64,000 bases of DNA from Chiloscyllium plagiosum (taxonomy: Eukaryota), in assembly GCF_004010195.1 (NCBI RefSeq), contig NC_057753.1:8279309-8343308 (forward strand), read 5' to 3'. The translations under genes and the position numbers were made by a program. Positions 26,989 to 38,689 of this stretch are shown here, piece by piece. The notes beneath the pieces were generated by a model that was not told where the DNA came from, made no database searches, and saw only the letters and a list, made by a program, of their open reading frames with translations. Position 1 is the stretch's first letter. Every line of letters starts with the position of its first letter.

Positions 26989-29533
26989 CTCCTGATGTAT
27001 GATAGTGTGGCTAATCCTTTTGGTTGTGGTATGTCCTCGTTCCGTGGTCTTTCTCTTAGGCATCTGTTGATGAAGTTGCGCGGGTATCCGTTTTTGGCGA
27101 ATACCTTGTATAGGTGTTCCTCTTCTTCTTTTTGCTGTTCTGGTGTACTGCAGTGTGTACTATCATACACACTACTATCATAGAGCAAGCCAGACAGAGA
27201 ACAGCCAGGGAATTCCTAGAGGCATGGCATTCATCCACAAACTCCATCAACAAACACGTCGACCTGGACCCAATATACCAACCACTACAGCGGACTGCTG
27301 AAACTGACAACCGAAGCGGCAGGGACAGACCACTATAAACACCGGAGGAAACATCAAAGAAGCGCTTCGCAGGAAGCTCCCAAGCACTGATGATGTCGCC
27401 TAGCTAGGGGACTAAACGTTTGCAACAAAAACTTCCAGCTCGGCGAACACAACCACAACAATGAATGTGTTTATTATTGCGATTTACCGGTTAGTGATAG
27501 TCTCAGATGGTAACACGTGTTATGAAGGACGACCAAAAGAAAATCACCGAACACAGTCTCTTCACAATTGTAAGGAGTACAATTAATGTGGGATTGCAGC
27601 AATGTGGGCCTTCAGTTGAGTGAGACAAAGGCTGAATAAGTTTGGATTGACTCCTATTGGAATTTAAGTCAAAGTTGAAATTCAAGCTGGGGAAGAAATG
27701 CTACAGCTACGAATTATTGCAAGTTATAAGCATGTCTGAGCAAGAAGGGAGCGGATAAATGGTGATGATCAAGAGACCTCCCGTCAGCAGAGCACAGAGT
27801 GAAGCGAGTACCGGGAAATAGTTTACCTGAGGAGTAGGAGTGCTGAAATCGTCTATTATTTCAGTTTTAAAAAGTCATGTTTTCATTTTGTCTGTAAGCA
27901 TCCAGTATTTCTCGTCTCTCTATCAAAATGAATATTTGAATATCAACTTGAATTTTTGTCTCTGTTGACTTTAAAAGAACAATATATCCGTGCAGTGAAG
28001 AGTTTAGGGAAACTAAATTGTAAGTTCAATAAAAACGATGTGATCACCTCAAGCATAAACGTCTACAGTAGGTGCTTGCAGCTTGAGGACCCGTGGAGCT
28101 TGTGGTTGAGAGGCAGACATTTTGCCTCATCAAGACGTGGGAACGTTTCAGAACACTTTACTCCAGAAGGCTTTCAGATTTTTTAAGATTAGGTTAGTCA
28201 AAAATAAGATCAGGGACAGACTGTCCTTGACTGCAGACGAGGAAGTTGTAAAGACCCCTGAATCAAAACTAAGGAGATTCGGCCCTGCAATTATCTCACA
28301 GTTGCTATGTTTTTGTAAGCTGTGCGGACTGGAGTGGGGACAGAAAGAAGGATGTTCAAATTGACCGTGACGTCGAGGTCAAGAATAGGTGTAAGGAAAT
28401 AGGAATGCTGCTGTGTTGCATTGTTTTGTCTGCGGGAGTGAATTCGAGGGTAAAAATGAAAGTGATGTCTAAAGACGACTGTTCATTCTCCAGAATTTAT
28501 CAACAATCGAGTACCTTCCATTAATTCAAGAAGTCAAGAGCAGCGTTTCAAATGCTTGCGAAATGGAAAGGAATTTCCCATTATCTAAGAATGCTTGGCC
28601 AATGTACCTTTGCCCTGCTTCAGGATGAACCTTCAACGAAATTGCACCATATAAATGAACCATGTTATGGTGAATGGAAAATCATGTGAACAATGCCCGA
28701 AGCAAATATTTAACACATGGGACAGAGTGTACTGGAAGGGGTGAATGAGGGAATGAGCGGAAATTGTGCACAATAATTGGAATCTTGCTGAACTGATCCT
28801 TTTAGAATTGCACGTTTTTCACTGTCTGTGAAAATTGTCAAAACTGCATGTACTTGTGCAGCTCTGCACCCAACAGTACTGCATACGCAGGAATAGAAGG
28901 AATAAAGAGCACAAATTTAAAACATCGAAGGTAGCTTCGTGTACATGAGAGTCAGTCAACATCACTGACATCCGCATCCACTGTCAGAGCTCCTTCACTT
29001 GTCGCTGTGTCAAAACCCTGGAATTCCCTTCCTGAGTGAATTGTGTGTCCTCCGACAGCAGCGAGTCAATAATACAGCTGACTACCATATATTGCTAGGG
29101 CCTGGCCTAAATGCTGGTTAGCCATAAATACTGACATCCTGCCAGCAAACAATAATAAGAAAGTGACAAATTGTATACGGTTCACCTTGCCATATCTGAA
29201 ACACGATCCTGTTCATGATTGATGATGTTTTGCATCTCCCTTCAGAATATTTCTGATAATTATACATTATCGTCAGGTTACTGAACCGTTATTACGGTCT
29301 TTTCATTCTTCTTCATTTATCGTATTCATTTGTTCATGACTGCAATGGTTTATGAATTTTTGGTTAACATTTGTGTGGAAGTGCTACCAGTATCACAATG
29401 TAGTTGATGAGCATTTCACTGTAGCGGTGCGCCAGTGTACCTTGAAATATTTAATTATATCTGTTTGATGGCAGTTCTGCAAAAAGAAACGATTTAATTA
29501 GCAAGAAGCACGCTAAAACTAAATGGTCTACTT

Positions 29534-29564
29534 ATTCCCATGAGTCTGACTTCACTTATAAATA
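29534..29564 (+). promoter_or_regulatory. Putative core promoter of gene B: O/E(EBF)-like ATTCCCATGAG and TATA box TATAAATA
   Basis: TCCCATGAG 29536-29544 (75-83 bp upstream of the ATG); TATAAAT 29557-29563; homeodomain-type TAATTA ~29495. Confidence 0.55.
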
Positions 29565-29618
29565 CTGTATAAGAACATTTCAGTGGAGTTCCGAGGACAG
29601 TCTGAACTTCGAACAAAA

Positions 29619-29688
29619 ATGCACGGACCTGCAAAAGGATTGGTTTTTGCTATTTACTATCCTTTCCTTGCAGCTTTTGGGATCCCAG
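29619..29688 (+). CDS. GPR139-like gene B, exon 1 (MHGPAKGLVFAIYYPFLAAFGIP)
   Basis: aaaATG at 29619; 70 bp; donor CCAG|GTAAAG; phase 1. Confidence 0.9.
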
Positions 29689-30439
29689 GTAAAGCCCTAC
29701 GGTCATTTAGCCTCACGTACAGTCTATTAGCTGTAGCCCACCAGCGAGATTTTCATAATATTATTCTTGTTTCTATACTTATACAGCAATGGCAATACTC
29801 CAGGTGGAAATTGGTTTCTGTTCAGTTGGTACATTCACTCCTGCTCTTGCAGTTTCTTTTCTTCCGCCTTAACTGTGTGAAGTTTGAATTATAACAATCA
29901 ATCTTAACTTCCCCATGAATATGTCCTTTTTTTCTTCTCAGTTGTATTACGTATATTTTACATAAACCAGATATACTTGAACCCTTGACAGCATAATTTA
30001 TCTACTTCCAAACAGTCATGACATGCTTTAAACCGCAGAATACCTCATATTGCTTATACAATTTCACCCTTTAAAAGTAGTTCTGCTGTGATAGTGATAC
30101 CACAAGAACATGTATTATCCAATAGTTATTATGGTGTAAATCAATTTAAATTATTTTGTTCATCATTGTCTCTTCTCATTGTGTTGATATCGATCTATTG
30201 TATTTTTAGTAACGTTATGGTAGATGAATTCCCACTCTTATTACAGTGTAAATGTAATGTAACTGTGTTGATCTGCAAGGGATATGTCTCCTTTCTCCAA
30301 AATGGCCCACTGTTTTGAAACAAAGAATTCCATTAATTCGAAATTTGCAATGTAAATAGAAATGACTTTCTCAATAACTGGTTTGGTTCTTTAATGAGAC
30401 CACGTATCACTGCAAACTGTAATCTGTTAGCCATCACTC

Positions 30440-31330
30440 ATCGTCTTCAAGATGATGGTGGTTTGATGCCTTCAAGATCATGTTTCTGTGTCAGTACCTT
30501 GTTCAGAACACACTTCCGGATATCAAACCAGACGCAATGACGGATCAATAATACAGTTTCATGTCCTATTAGTAGGTGGTATAGAGGATGATTTGCAAGC
30601 GGTGGTGATGATGCTGGTGATACCATTATCTGATTGTCTTGTTCTTGTAGGTGTCAACCTTTGCGTGTTTCAATTATTATTTCAAAGGCATATTGGAGAG
30701 TTGCTGCAGTCCAGCCTGTATGTAGAGCACAGCGTTTTCTATTGTGGGTCGTGATAGAGGAAGAAAGGGGTTCATGTTTGTGCGTGGAGTATCGATCAAG
30801 ACGTGGTGGGAGAGTTGTTATTTCAGAGTTGCAGCATTTCTTTTGTCTTGGCGCTACTTTCATCATAGCAATATAAAGTTATCCCCAAATGACAGAAAGA
30901 TTACCTACTAAAAACAGAGTTATTCACCGGAATTCATAACATCTGTCCTACTCCAGAAAACAAGGGTTTTGGTTTAAAGATGGTATGTTTCCATCGCTGT
31001 TCAGTGCTAACACCACAATATCGATATTAGGAATTCAATGACAGTCATGGCGTTACATTTCAAGGTGCAGGTGGGTAGTAATTCCATTTGCATTGTTTGG
31101 CACTGGAATGACATGGATATTCTCCGTCACCTCTTACTGAATTGTTTTACAGATTCTGTTCTTTGTGGACATGGGCAACTTCAGGATAGGATGAGTTCCA
31201 TATAGTGCAAACATCAGCCGACATCTTCACTTCTGAACATTTTTGCATAATCTCACAGAATGTAGTCTTCCTCAACTTGTTCTTTCCCTGCTGCTAACGA
31301 TTCTCATCAAATGAAACTCCTGCCGTCTTT
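30440..31330 (-). mobile_element. Highly decayed LINE fragment (second family) in the gene B intron
   Basis: Reverse-complement similarity to the 17.1-18.6 kb family 3' region; no intact ORF. Confidence 0.4.
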
Positions 31331-32639
31331 TCTATTATGATGATATTCGATATGGGTGCACCTTCTCCCCTTAACACCAGACAACTCCCAATTTTGGATG
31401 TCAAATTAGAGTCAACCATTTTGCTTTAAGTCTCCAGAAAAATGCGGGGCAAACTTAGCAGGGTGGGCAGATTCTGTCCCTGAAAGACATTCCTGAACGC
31501 GATAGAGTTTCAAATAATTCGGTAGTTCCATGAAAAGTATTGCTGAGGCTAACAGCTCTTTTCATTCTAATTGTTTTTTTATTAATAAATTCACCCCACA
31601 ATTGGATATGCATCTTGACAGTATGCTTCTGGGTTTAACAGCGGGTTTCTGGATGACTAGTCCTGTGCGTGGGGAGGACATAGTAGAAAAATAAGTACAA
31701 CGGAGTAAATCATCTAGCACATTATTCCCTTAAATGACTCAGCCAGCCAGAACTAGGTAACTCATCATCGATTGCTCAAAGCAATTTGGTGATGATAAAT
31801 AAAGACAGGTTTGGTAGAGACCTACATACAACATGTGAGAATGGACGGCACACAGTTTACTTTAACTTAACAAGTTCACTCTTGTATTCTCAAAAGTATC
31901 AAGTATCAAATATATTCCCAAATATAAATTGCTAATAGTAAAGTGAAACTACACAAAATACTTTTCTGCTAATATAATATTGGACTTTAATGAAACATAT
32001 TATCCAGGAATGGTCACCTGGGCAGGTTGAAATGCTTTTATTGTCTTTACCCCACCTGGTGGCGAGACGTTGCTCCTGTGGTGTTATTCTCCGGAGATAG
32101 GTTGTAGATGTCCAATCACTCTCTGCTTTATCCTGGATCTTCTTCTCATCTTCCATTCAGGAATATTTACATCATGTTGCTAAGCGCTGTACCTCCAATC
32201 AGTTAACAGGACTGCATTCCGCTTCATTATTTGTTCTGAGTAGCAGTCTTTATCATTTTCACCCTTTCATCATAGCTGAACTGAAGTAAATCACACTTTC
32301 TGTATTCGAGTTCCAGCCCTTTCCTGCACAAGATATTTTTTCCATTTTCTTTCTCTATATTGATTTATCTTTTCTTTCTTGTTATCATAAGCTCTTTCAC
32401 GTTTTGTTTTAATATTCTGCAGCCGGATATCGTTGCCTGTCTTAGTTTTGATCATGATTATTATTATAAATACAGAAGATGATGGGAACCAGCAAACGTA
32501 ATGTGTTCCAGCTCCGTTTCACATGCTCAAAACGCATGTGCAAATTTTATGGTTTATAGCTTCCCTGTTCGAGACATCTTAAACATACACGTTCTTTACA
32601 TTTCACCCGTATTTTTCATTGTCTTCCTTTCAATTACAG

Positions 32640-33550
32640 CTAACTTGGCAGTGATCATGATCTTGACACGAGAAAGATGCGGTCTCTCTCGATGTATAAT
32701 GTATTATCTGGTATCCATGGCAGTGTCAGATCTCCTGGTGATGATCACAGCAGTGATATTCAATCGGATTTCTGGTATTTATTTCCCAGTCAGCTTCTTG
32801 AACATCACACCAGTGTGTAGTTTCCGTTCTGTATTAAACTACGTTATCATAGACAGCTCTGTTTGGTTAACTGTTGCTTTCACCTTTGATCGATTTATAG
32901 CCATTTGTTTCCAGCAGCTGAAAATTAAATATTGCACTACGAAGATGGCAGCGTGGTTCATAGCTATTGTTTGGACACTGAGCTGTGTAAAAAACACATT
33001 TTTGTATTTTATATATGAACCTCTATACGTAATTAACAATGTTCCTTGGTTCTGCAGCATAACGTCAATATTTTATACATCACCAGCATGGACTGCATAT
33101 GACTGGATTCATCACATTTTAACTCCTTGTCTCCCATTTGCTCTGATTTTACTCCTAAATGCTCTGACTGTCAGGCACATTGTACTGGCCAATAGAGCCC
33201 GCAGGAGACTCTGGAACCAGAGTAAAGGAAAGGATCAGAGGGACTCAGAAATATGGAACCGGAAGAAATCCATTACTTTACTTTTCTGTGTCTCTGGCAA
33301 TTTCATCCTATTGTATTTACTGGTCCTTGTAACATTCCTCTATGTCAGAATTACGAACGTCAATTATTTCTCTGGTGCAAATTTTACAGAATCTAATTTT
33401 ATTCTGGATGAAAGTGGATTCATGCTTCAGCTATTGAGTTCCTGTGTCAACCCTTGCATTTATGCAGGCACCCAGAGTAAATTCAGAGAAGAGCTTAAGA
33501 TTGCGATGTACTACCCACTAAATCGCATAGTTAAGTTACTTAAGCAATAA
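32640..33550 (+). CDS. GPR139/GPR142-like class A GPCR, gene B, exon 2 (spliced product 326 aa)
   Basis: Acceptor gtcttcctttcaattacAG|CT at 32638-32639; ANLAVIMIL..MAVSDLL..FTFDRFIAIC..PWFC..VNPCIY..TAA. Confidence 0.93.
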
Positions 33551-33814
33551 AACAATACAGGTTTATACCTACACCTTATGGTCTAATTCTTTCAGTCTTT
33601 GACCATGTTGGATGCAGAGTCCTTTCTCAGAGGCATAGCTATACAGTTTGATATCTTTACCACTGTGTGAATTTAATGCTTTACAAATCATTAAACAATT
33701 CAATGTTATAACCATTCATCTATTAGTTTCCAATTATCTTACTGGTATTGATTCACGGCAGATATATTCCAATAGCCCCATCCACCCATGAAATCCGCGT
33801 TCATACTGGAGAAC

Positions 33815-33915
33815 TCATTCTGAGGAAGGGTCACCGTCCTCGAACCATTAATTCTGATTTCTCCTCACAGATGTTGCCAGATCTGCTGAACTTTTCCAGC
33901 ACCTTCGCTTATCGT
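33815..33915 (+). mobile_element. Penelope pLTR remnant with decayed hammerhead core
   Basis: TTCTGAGGAAGGGTCACCGTCCTCGAAC..CAGATGTTGCCAGATCTGCTGAAC. Confidence 0.55.
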
Positions 33916-34249
33916 TTCATACCGGGGTCAAAGCATCTGACATCTGATCTGTGATTGGATATCAAATTTTAACGATTTAATGATGAAAACCCATTCTCAT
34001 AACTGTGCAGGCAATGTTTGTAAATTTAAAGATAATATACCCAGGAAATGGAACTTCGGCAATTATGAACATTCCTCTAGTCTTTAATGAACTGTACTCG
34101 TCCATATTACGGACTGCAGAAATACCAAATTAAAGGGATTTATGGAGGAAATTAAAATGACAAAACCAGTCTAATTTCACTTTTTAAGGTTTTCGATGCA
34201 GAACTACAATGATACTGGAAGTGATTGTATGCAAAAAGAAATGATCTGA

Positions 34250-34530
34250 CGTAGTCCTTAAAAGTGGAGTCGCAGGTAGATCGGATAGTGATGATGATAT
34301 TTGGTTTGCTTGCTTTTGTTGCTCAGTGCATTGACTATGGGAGTTAGGAGGTCATGTTGCCCTGCACAGGACATTGGTTCGGCCATTTTTGGAATATTGT
34401 GTGCAATTCTGGTCTCCGTACTTTCGGAAGGGTGTTGTGAAACTTGAAACGATTTGGAAAAAAGTACAAGCATGTTGTCCGGGTTGAAGGATTTGAGCTA
34501 ACGGGAGATTCTGAACAGACTGGGTTTATA
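34250..34530 (+). mobile_element. CR1 RT fragment
   Basis: GGACATTGG..GGAATATTGTGTGCAATTCTGGTCTCC (EYCVQFWS) remnant. Confidence 0.65.
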
Positions 34531-35899
34531 TGAAGGGCTAATACAAAGATTACAGGCTGTTTTATTACTGCGGTCTACTTTTTTATTATCAGTCAGTTAG
34601 TTCAACACTGTCACATAAAATTGCATTGGCTTACAAACGAAACTGACTCTGACTCTGTACTCGGATTTTTGTATGACTGCACTGGTGAGAGGCAGCTGCT
34701 CTGGTTTCAGTAACTCAGCTGTCTATGTCTTTCTCCTGTGAACATCTTGCCAATGTTATAGATATTTTGTCTTGAAAATCCCCGGAAGTAAGAATAAAAC
34801 CCTGTATCCCTGTCACTCTAAGATCATCCATCCTATGGTTGCATAGGCAAGGTCAATCTGTCCTTTCTTCTATTTTTAGTTTAGTAGCCTTGATAACTAC
34901 CAAGGTTGAACTCCACTGCTCCTTCATCAGATTCCTACTTAAATAGCAATGCCTGCTTCTGGCTCACTCAGTCGTTTTTTGTTCCTACAAAGTTAGCCAC
35001 TTTTTTCCAATACCCTTATAGAAATGCAACTGTCAATTATTATGTTGCACTTAAAAAATGTGGGCATTCGTTACATATGTCAACAATATAGAAGAAAATG
35101 GGGGGGGGGGGGGGCGGGTGGTGGTGACGGGAACAGGGGTGCTTGCAGGATGGCAGTGAGAAAATTTAACTAGTAGATGACACAAGGTTTGGTAGAGTCA
35201 TTGACAGTGAGGAAATGTCACAGTCGCACATGTCATGGAAAGATGAGGAAGTTAGGAAGAAGATTAATAGACCAATTCAAATTTCGCACAGACATGCTGA
35301 ATTGAACCAGTCCACAGAGAATGGAGCAGTTGGGAACATTCTGCATTCTGTGAAAACATTACCGAGATCTATGCCGCTAATAAATTGGAATTATTGATCT
35401 CACCTCTGACATAGCAAACATAAAATGCAGAACACAGCAGAGAAAAAAAATCTGATGTCAAAAGAAGAAAACAGACAAAGTCACCAGAATGTGCACAAAA
35501 TGCTTAACAGAGCCTTTCGCATTCTTGGAAATGGATGCTGCTTGAACTGCTGCAAATGGACAGCACTTGATTGATTTATTTTTGAACTAATTTAACCTCA
35601 ACGTGGTGGGCAAACACCTTATTTGAATCTGTAAAGTTGAACTTGTGAAAACAATATCGCCAAAGAAAACCTATCACCTTAACAGATTTGTAAACGGCAG
35701 GGACATCTTTGTGCAGCCTGAAATCTTCAGTAATTGGATATTTTCACAATGGATGTACAGTTGGTCCAATGCTTGTGTAGTCTCTGGAAGATGCGAATTC
35801 ATTTCGTATCTTTTGATAATCACATGAACACAGTAATGGTAGAAATGAGACCCTGTCTGCATTTATTCAATATAATTTACCTTCTGTAGGAGTGAGCAC

Positions 35900-37985
35900 A
35901 ATTGTTTCTGGCAAGTGCCTAGTCCCTACTTAATTATGTCTTTCTTGGGAATAGATAAACTGTCCCATTCTGAAGTCTTTGAAAATCTCATTTTAGTGCT
36001 GCGCATTAAGAATATACTTCATCTGAGCAAAAAGAACAGAAAAGCATCAGCCGCGCTAATATGTATTAATAATGGTACAGGTCAAATCTCTTCATTATTT
36101 CCATCTGCAATCAATCTTGTTGAACTCCTCCATACTCTGTCCAATATAAATACATCTCTTCTGTACAGCCACTTCGATGAATTTCGGATATCACATGACT
36201 TTAAAGTCTCTTTTCACCACCTTTGCATCTGTGCCAATTTATTTGGACAAACGTTTTCTCTCCATCCACGTGATCTTATTAAATGCCTCCAACACTTTCC
36301 GTACACCTTCTCCCCTCACTCCGGCCTCTTAAGTCCACTCGAGCTGTTCATTGCCAAATATCGATGTTTCGTCAGTCTCCTTAATTGCTCTGTCTTCCTC
36401 ACGTTTTTGAGCCCATCTACCGCTGAACTGTTTACATTTCCTGCGGTTAAATCTACCCCTGACATTGTCATCAAGGCTGCCAATAAGAGCTGGTTTGTTC
36501 TGTGGCGTACTCACCTTGAAATCGGAGTCCCAGGTCTCAGAAATTTTCTCTAATGTTCCTGAACGTTGACCTGAACATCACGCAAAGTCCATGCTATGAC
36601 CGACTTCACGTTATCTGGAGATCTCTACCCATATACTCCAACATCACAATGCGCTAACCTTATTCTCTAAATCCACAAGGAGGAACTGCCTTTTTAGACC
36701 CATTGTTTCTGTTTGTTCCTGTCCCATGCAACTTATCGCATCGCATCTTGACTCAATTTTTGTTCTTCCCTGGTCCAATCCCTTTCCATTTACATCCACG
36801 ATTCTTTTGACACTCTACATCATTTTCACAATTTCCAGTCCACGGATATTAGCCACCGTATCTTCACCTTGAACAGACAAATCCTTTACAAGTCTATCTC
36901 CAATTTCGGATGGTTACTGGAAAGAAGATGCCATAAATGGTTCCCCTCCACGACCACCCGTCTCCACCTGACCAAGTTCGTCCTCACTTTCGAAAACGTC
37001 TTTAAAATCCGCTCACTTTTTTCAGAACAAAGCTGAGATCACAGTGCAAGCACGGGGCCCAGTTATGTCTGTCTCTTTGTTCGGTTACATTGCTTGTTCC
37101 AATCCTATGTATGCACATCCATACAACTATCTCTTGAATGCACAATTGCAACTGCTTTCCTGTGTCATTCTGATTTGAAACAAAAATCAATTCTGCTTCC
37201 AATTTCCATCCTATTTTCACTTTTTTTCTGGCGTATGTTTTTACTCCGCCTTTTCTTCTTCGGTATTTGTTTTCCATCTCTGGGGATTGGCTGGTTATTA
37301 ATATCCACAACAAACCCATCGATATCCAAAGTTACCTGGAGTAAAAGGTCTTCCCTTACTTTCAGTAAACGCTCAGTTCCATTCTCGCAACTTCTCTGCC
37401 TCCATCACACCTGTTCTGATGATGTCACATTCCACTGTGGGGTGGGGGAGGGGTTGGGTGGAGGTTGTCTCAGTAATGTCTACCATTTCCCCAACAGGGG
37501 ATTCTCGCTATTTTATTTGACAAGGTCTTGGCCTGTGTCTGGCCCATTGCTGCATTTCTGTTCTCACCTTTCTTTTCCATCCCATGACACCAAAGGGTAT
37601 CCCATTCAATCACAATTGTTAGAGCAACTGCCCGAATACTACTCCCCCCCCCCCACCCCCGGACAATCCAACACTCCGGTCACGCCTTCCAGGTAAAGCA
37701 AGTATTTACCTGAACTTCGTTTAATCTGTTCTACTGTATTTGCTGCTCAGAATAGTCACCTAAGGGAGACGTAGAGCAGGCTGGCCCGACTGCTTTTCAG
37801 AACACTTATATTTGTCCACGAGACTATCTCTGAGGTTTTAGCTGCCTGCGTATTCATCACACTACCGTGTTCCCACGACGACGAGCCCATCTCAGGCCTA
37901 CTGCAGTCCACCAGCGCGCCTAAACGCAAGCTTGAAGAACGACATGTCATTTTACTCTGAGGCACCCTGCAACCACGGAATCACA
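35900..37985 (+). mobile_element. Degenerate Penelope-like element (RT and GIY-YIG remnants)
   Basis: DIVIKAANK, KIHK..FRPIVS, YCICCS (GIY-YIG region), KLEERHVI motifs in shifting frames. Confidence 0.7.
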
Positions 37986-38689
37986 CCGTGTTTTAATGCT
38001 GTGCTGGTGCGCTCTGCTGAAATGGTATCTTCACATCAGATCATTAAGTGCTAATCATTAAGTGTTTATTAGACATGGCAATGAGCAATCGAAGTCAAGT
38101 TAAGAAAATGCATGAAAAACAGATCTAATACAACGCTAAATATTTAGTGTTGGTGGTAACCACCGGCTTATGCAGCCTGCATGGGGCTAAGTGGAATTTG
38201 TTCACCACAGATTTCTGAGGACTGCAAAAGTACTGAAAATATGAAGAAATGGGCATTCAGGATGAACCATGTATTCAGAATGGTATTAACACTGGGGACT
38301 TAGTCCCACTAAAGACTTCAGACCCATCTGAGAGAGAGTTCCATGTACTACCATTAGTAAAGTCCCGACAGATGAGAGGAGGGGTGGGATTCATTTGCTT
38401 ATCTTAATAGTTAAGTGTAATGATGCAACTTTAAACATACACACACGCACACGCACAAACGAACAATTATTAATTCATGCATATACTAGATGATTAACGG
38501 GTTATATTGAAGTGCACGTGCTACACGTTAAAGTTCACGTGAGTTCTTGCAATAATTTTCATCAGACCTTAAAGAACTTGTTAAGTACTTCCACCTGAAC
38601 ACTTGGTTTGATGCTCTGGCAATGTAGAAGCAAAAGTTTGATGAAAAAGGAGGATTATTTTGCCGTGGAAGTATTTCATGTCCTCGGTT

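Larger units (their letters stand above)
26539..27459. mobile_element. Penelope-like element with inverted pseudo-LTRs and 14-bp TSD
   Basis: TSD AATGAATGTGTTTA at 26525-26538 and 27460-27473; arms ~26572-26742 and ~27292-27460 are reverse complements; minus RT-thumb piece (HLYKVFAKNGYPRNFI..ATLSYI) joined to plus GIY-YIG C-terminus (AREFLEAWHS..SINKH); internal N gap. Confidence 0.9.

Noticed and set aside
32501..32639. In-frame 46-codon extension making gene B look single-exon (349 aa)
   Set aside because: It runs through the polypyrimidine tract and acceptor; a homologous 70-bp exon 1 with a matching phase-1 donor exists for all three genes
33546..33551. AATAAA overlapping the stop of gene B (and just after the stop of gene A) as polyA signals
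   Set aside because: Explained equally well by a shared ancestral xAA TAA A stop context; absent in gene C and no transcript evidence
35100..35132. Poly-G tract as a G-quadruplex regulatory element
   Set aside because: Simple homopolymer next to a decayed LINE fragment, with no positional evidence of function
35915..37696. 212-aa and 200-aa ORFs as host genes
   Set aside because: Frames within a decayed Penelope element, partly off-frame, with no splice structure
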